DNA from: Mantamonas sphyraenae STR306
Lineage: Eukaryota > Protista > CRuMs
Reading direction: 5' to 3'
Assembly (NCBI GenBank): GCA_026936335.1
Contig: JAPMXV010000029.1
Span: forward strand, 620,001-684,000
Length of the DNA stretch: 64,000 bases
Each line of letters opens with the position of its first letter. Position 1 is the first letter of the stretch. Below the pieces are notes generated by a model. The model was not told the origin of the DNA, made no database searches, and was given only the letters and a program-made list of their open reading frames with translations. Positions 58,311 through 64,000 of the stretch are shown piece by piece. Position numbers and translations under genes: made by a program.

Positions 58311-59837
58311 TCATTCCTCGACAAAGACAATTCGGCCCTCCACCTCCGGTCGAATGTGCGACTGGTGGATGATGTGCCACGTGCGCGGCGTGATGCGCTT
58401 GCCCTTCTTCCACTCGGCCACAATGCGCTGCATTCGCATCCAGTAGCGAACCATCGATGGCAACAACATCCCATTCTCCTCATCCACGACCACCGGCTTG
58501 TCCAGCATCATTGTGAAGCCGTCGTGTCCCTTGGCCAGGTAGTTTCGCGTCGCCACGGAATACTGCTTGTCAACTTCCAGAGCTGTTTCGTTGCCGTCGT
58601 CGTCCACCAAACAAACGCTTTGCACTCGTTCGCCAGCTTCTCGCCTGCCGTCCAACCGCACATGCAGACCGCTGACCTGTAGAAACCGCCCTTCATGGCT
58701 GGGCCACTTGCTCGCTCCATTCTCCAGACACTCCACAAGCTGTGCTCCGGTCAGTTTCAGAACCACCACTTCGTCTTCGATGGGGAGAAACGTCAGCAGC
58801 ATGCCCAGAGTGATCTCGCCCTCCTCAAACAGCTCGTTCCCGCGCAACGAGCCTCCGTTCAGAAGAGCCACGTCTGCCTGTGTCATTCGTCGCATGACAT
58901 CGGTTACAAAGTTGCCCAGGTTGCTCTCTTTGGTGCGCACAGTTTCCGTACGCCCGTCCAACGGTCGATCTGTGCGGCCAATCACCTTTGCTGTCTGCGC
59001 ATCCAACTGGCTGCTCCACTCGCTCACCAACTTGGCTGTCTCTTCGTCGCAATGATCGTCCTTTGTGATGGTTATGTGCTCCACATCGCCCACCACGCCG
59101 CTGCCCATCTCCCACACAAAGTGAGAAAGATCGCAAAAGTCGGTGCCGCTCTTGACCACCATGCAGCCTTTTTCATCTGCAGGCACCACTTGGTGGAAGT
59201 GATCGTGGCCACCCAACACCATGTCAACCCCTTCGACGGTGCGAAGCTGCTCGTCGTGCGGGAGTCGCATGTGAGAGAGCGCCACAACCACTTCGGCACC
59301 GTCTGCTCGCAGTTGCTTTGCAGTGGCCTCTGCTGACTCACAAAAGTCTGTGTACACCAGTGAATCCGACATGCACGTCAGGGTGTCCAACCACTCCCTC
59401 TCAATCATCCCCATGAAGCCAAACTTGACGCCTTGCCACTCCAGCATGTGCGTACACACTGTGCCAGCAACGGCCGTCCCTTGAGCATCTTCGCACAGGT
59501 TTGTCAACACCCACGTGCACTCGGTAGCGTCCATTTGCTTGGCACTCACTTCCGGGCCAAAATCGAAATCGTGGTTTCCCACACACGCCACCTGCGGCCC
59601 AATTGCATTGAGAATGGGCACCATGTGCCACCCCTTTGTCACCGTCGACAGCAGACTGGGATTGAACACGTCGCCGCTGAACAGAATCAGGCATGGGCCG
59701 TGCTCCTCTTCCAGCGCGCGCACTTTGGCCACAAATCGCGCCGCGCCTCCCCCCATCCGTCGTTCGGTGATGTGGTACACATCGTTGAAATGGAGCACGT
59801 GGATGTGCTGTCGCTCTTCAGATGTGGAGCTGCTCAT
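58311..59837 (-). CDS. 5'-nucleotidase (metallophosphoesterase + 5'-nucleotidase C domain), no signal peptide
   Basis: HFNDVY, FSGD, GNHDFDFG, LSHMR, LGGHDH, ESNLGNFVTD, NGGSLR, GRFLQVSG, YLAKGHDGF. Confidence 0.93.
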   Translation of the reverse strand: MSSSTSEERQHIHVLHFNDVYHITERRMGGGAARFVAKVRALEEEHGPCLILFSGDVFNPSLLSTVTKGWHMVPILNAIGPQVACVGNHDFDFGPEVSAKQMDATECTWVLTNLCEDAQGTAVAGTVCTHMLEWQGVKFGFMGMIEREWLDTLTCMSDSLVYTDFCESAEATAKQLRADGAEVVVALSHMRLPHDEQLRTVEGVDMVLGGHDHFHQVVPADEKGCMVVKSGTDFCDLSHFVWEMGSGVVGDVEHITITKDDHCDEETAKLVSEWSSQLDAQTAKVIGRTDRPLDGRTETVRTKESNLGNFVTDVMRRMTQADVALLNGGSLRGNELFEEGEITLGMLLTFLPIEDEVVVLKLTGAQLVECLENGASKWPSHEGRFLQVSGLHVRLDGRREAGERVQSVCLVDDDGNETALEVDKQYSVATRNYLAKGHDGFTMMLDKPVVVDEENGMLLPSMVRYWMRMQRIVAEWKKGKRITPRTWHIIHQSHIRPEVEGRIVFVEE

Positions 59838-59896
59838 GTGTGGAGAAGAAGAAAGGTGGCGGCTTTTGTTCTGGACCTCCTCGGGCCTGGGGTGCT

Positions 59897-61087
59897 TCAC
59901 AGCGTCGTCTCGGTGGCCTTGTCCACCGTGGTGCGTTCGGGAATGGACGCCGTGGTCAGACGGGGCGGTTCGTATTCCGGGTCCATGCGGTACTTGACGA
60001 AATCGGTGACGCCGCAGTGTTCGCGCAGAAAGTCTTCGTCGATGAGGGCCTGACCTGTGACCTGAGGGTTGTCCAGGATGCCCATCACTGAGTCGGCCAT
60101 GATATCCGCCTTGCGCCACTGGCGCGGTTCGCCCAGTTTGAAGTTGATCGTGGCAAAGCTCTCGATCATCGTAGCTGGCCACAGGCTGTTCACCTGAATG
60201 TTGTTCTCCTCCACTTCATCCGCAAGACCGTACGTCAGCAGCGTCATTCCATACTTGGTCATGCAATAGCCCGTCTTGCCCTTCATCGCGTTCAGCTCGA
60301 TGGGAGGGGACATCTGAATGATCGACCCACTGTTTGCTTCCATCATTGGTGGCAGACACGCACTGTGTCCATGCGCACACCAACCCATGATGTGTATACA
60401 CACATACATGGACGCACACACGTGTGTGTGTGTTCATCCAGAACGTATTCGTGTCAGCGCCTGGGAGAGGTCACGGCGAGGCTCCTTTCCCACGCGATGC
60501 GCGGCGTCGTCTACTTACCGTGCCACATTAAGTGCTCCACGCGCATTGATGTTGTGCATGAGGTCGAAGCGCTTCATGGGCATCTTGCTTACGGGCACCC
60601 AGAAAAGCGCGCCTGCGTTGTTGATGGCCACGTCCACGCCACCAAACTCCTTCACAGCCTGAGCAACCATGTCTTCCACCTGGGCGTCGTTCTGGACGTC
60701 CACCTGGAACGGAAGAGCCTTGCCACCTGCTTGTTCGACCTGTGCTCGTTCGTCCCGCATGAATGTCAGCGCCCTGTGGTCACAACTCTGTGTCGTCGGC
60801 GCCAAACCCTCCGCTGAACCGTTGCACCCTCACCTCTTCGGCCACAGAGTAGATAGTTCCTGGCAGATCCTCGCGTTCTTCCACCGACTTGGCCGCCACG
60901 ACCACGTTCATTCCGTTGCGTGCCATCTCCAGCGCAATGGTGCGTCCGATGCCGCGGCTAGCTCCTGTGATGATCGCCGTTTTCCCTGCGTGTGTGCTGC
61001 CCGTGCCATCTCAAGATGTCAGCTCGATACACAGGGCATGCCATCTCTCCCGTGTATCTTCCTCTGTCTGCCTCTACTCTACCTCAT
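59897..61087 (-). CDS. HSDL2-like short-chain dehydrogenase/reductase; 5-nt first coding exon; 3 introns
   Basis: GKTAIITGASRGIG, AAKSVE...LPGTIYSVAEE, INNAGAL, KRFDLMHNINARG, YCMTKYGM (YxxxK), NSLWPATMIES. Confidence 0.9.
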
Positions 61088-61176
61088 TTTCGTTGCAAAA
61101 GCGTGTGTTTTTTTGTTTGCTTTGGTGGCGTTCATTGCAGCACACTGCACAATGATTGTTGGATTCCGATCCCATG

Positions 61177-63071
<1,895 letters not shown>

Positions 63072-63152
63072 GGCCAATGGGTTTTTGTTTTGCTTGCGAT
63101 GCGCGTTCCCAGAACCCTCCTCTCTTCCCTGCTGCATCTCCACGGGCGGAAA

Positions 63153-64000
63153 TTAGTGCAGAAGTCGGTTAATCTGCGGCGTGCCTGCAATCGAGCTGGC
63201 GTACTTCTTCTGCCTACGCTTCAGCGACATATAGTAGCTGCGCTCCGAGTCCGCAAACACCTCCTGCTCGCCCATGTGCTTGATGTATCCGCTGTCCAGC
63301 AACTGTTGCGCCATCTGTACTGCCTTTTTGCGCGACGTCAAGGCCTTGCGTTCGTTCTGCTTGATGGCGTACTCTGCGCTGCGTAGGGCACTGTCTCCGG
63401 CAGCAAGCGACTCGACGTCTTCCAGGTCCATGCGCATGTCTGTGGTCGACACCGACGCAAACTCCACGTCCAACCACTTGCTGATGATCCAGTCCACGCA
63501 ATGGCGTCCGGTGAAGCAACGCTCACCCTTGTACTTGGTGTGAGGCAGGGAAGAGTTGCGTGCGGTCATCTGCTCAAACAGGTTGTTCAGCACGTCCGGG
63601 GCGAACATCTTGGTGGTATTGTCCTGCATAAAGTAAAACTTGAACTTGGTGCGGTCAAATGTGCTGCGCTTGAGTACGGGCAAGAGCAGGTTCTCCCCTT
63701 GCAGGCTGAGCGCCAGGCTGCTGGCCGTTTCCACTGAGCACAGAAAGGCGTTCTGGAACCACTGCACCAGCTGGCGTCCACTGCAGCATGTCTTGCCCTT
63801 GTACACATCCCAGGGGATGTCGTCGACCACCCGCATGTAAATGCACAGAGCGCGTAGCTCCATGCCACGGCGGCCCAGGGTGCCGCCGTTGTCTCCGTTC
63901 AGCATCTCCATGGCCAGGTGCGCCGTGAGTGCCGAGCACAGGTCAATGCTCCTGTCTGCACGCTCACGAAACATGGTTTCCATTTCGCCAATGACGGTGG
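63153..64000 (-). CDS. 3' part of a protein with tandem DEP domains (5' end outside the window)
   Basis: YKGKTCCSGRQLVQWF...ALSLQGENLL and YKGERCFTGRHCVDWII...SRKKAVQMAQQLLDSGYIKH...FADSERSYY. Confidence 0.75.
   Translation of the reverse strand, partial: TVIGEMETMFRERADRSIDLCSALTAHLAMEMLNGDNGGTLGRRGMELRALCIYMRVVDDIPWDVYKGKTCCSGRQLVQWFQNAFLCSVETASSLALSLQGENLLLPVLKRSTFDRTKFKFYFMQDNTTKMFAPDVLNNLFEQMTARNSSLPHTKYKGERCFTGRHCVDWIISKWLDVEFASVSTTDMRMDLEDVESLAAGDSALRSAEYAIKQNERKALTSRKKAVQMAQQLLDSGYIKHMGEQEVFADSERSYYMSLKRRQKKYASSIAGTPQINRLLH

Overview
Gene-dense, GC-rich nuclear DNA from a unicellular eukaryote. It has spliceosomal GT-AG introns with CTGAC/CTCAC branch-point-like motifs. The actin-fragmin-kinase-like, NT-C2/DIL and GCK-III genes suggest an amoeboid or flagellate protist, but the lineage cannot be fixed from this window. 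About 27 protein-coding genes tile the window with very short spacers. They include NRAMP, TFIIE-alpha, an amino acid transporter, a plant-type catalase, a C1-C1-myotubularin, dymeclin, RRP6, MCM5, WDR27-like, a RING-H2 ligase, DUF218, a rhodanese, Kelch-BTB, MAP10-like, JmjC, a 5'-nucleotidase, an HSDL2-like SDR and a STE20/GCK-III kinase. No rRNA, tRNA, CRISPR or transposase was recognised. The standout is a ~2150-aa bacterial-type alpha-2-macroglobulin (31570-38411, minus strand). It has introns, no visible signal peptide and an intact CxEQ thioester motif. A complete 76-codon ubiquitin-like domain ending LRLRGG sits where the protease bait region is expected, making it a candidate cytosolic deubiquitinase trap or DUB-triggered thioester protein. 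Other notable points are co-oriented genes only 4-61 nt apart, an apparent strand-skew switch near 38.6 kb, an 18-nt microexon carrying the NRAMP DPGN motif, and several small frameshifts that are probably assembly errors. Gene models and family calls were made by eye from motifs, without database searches.
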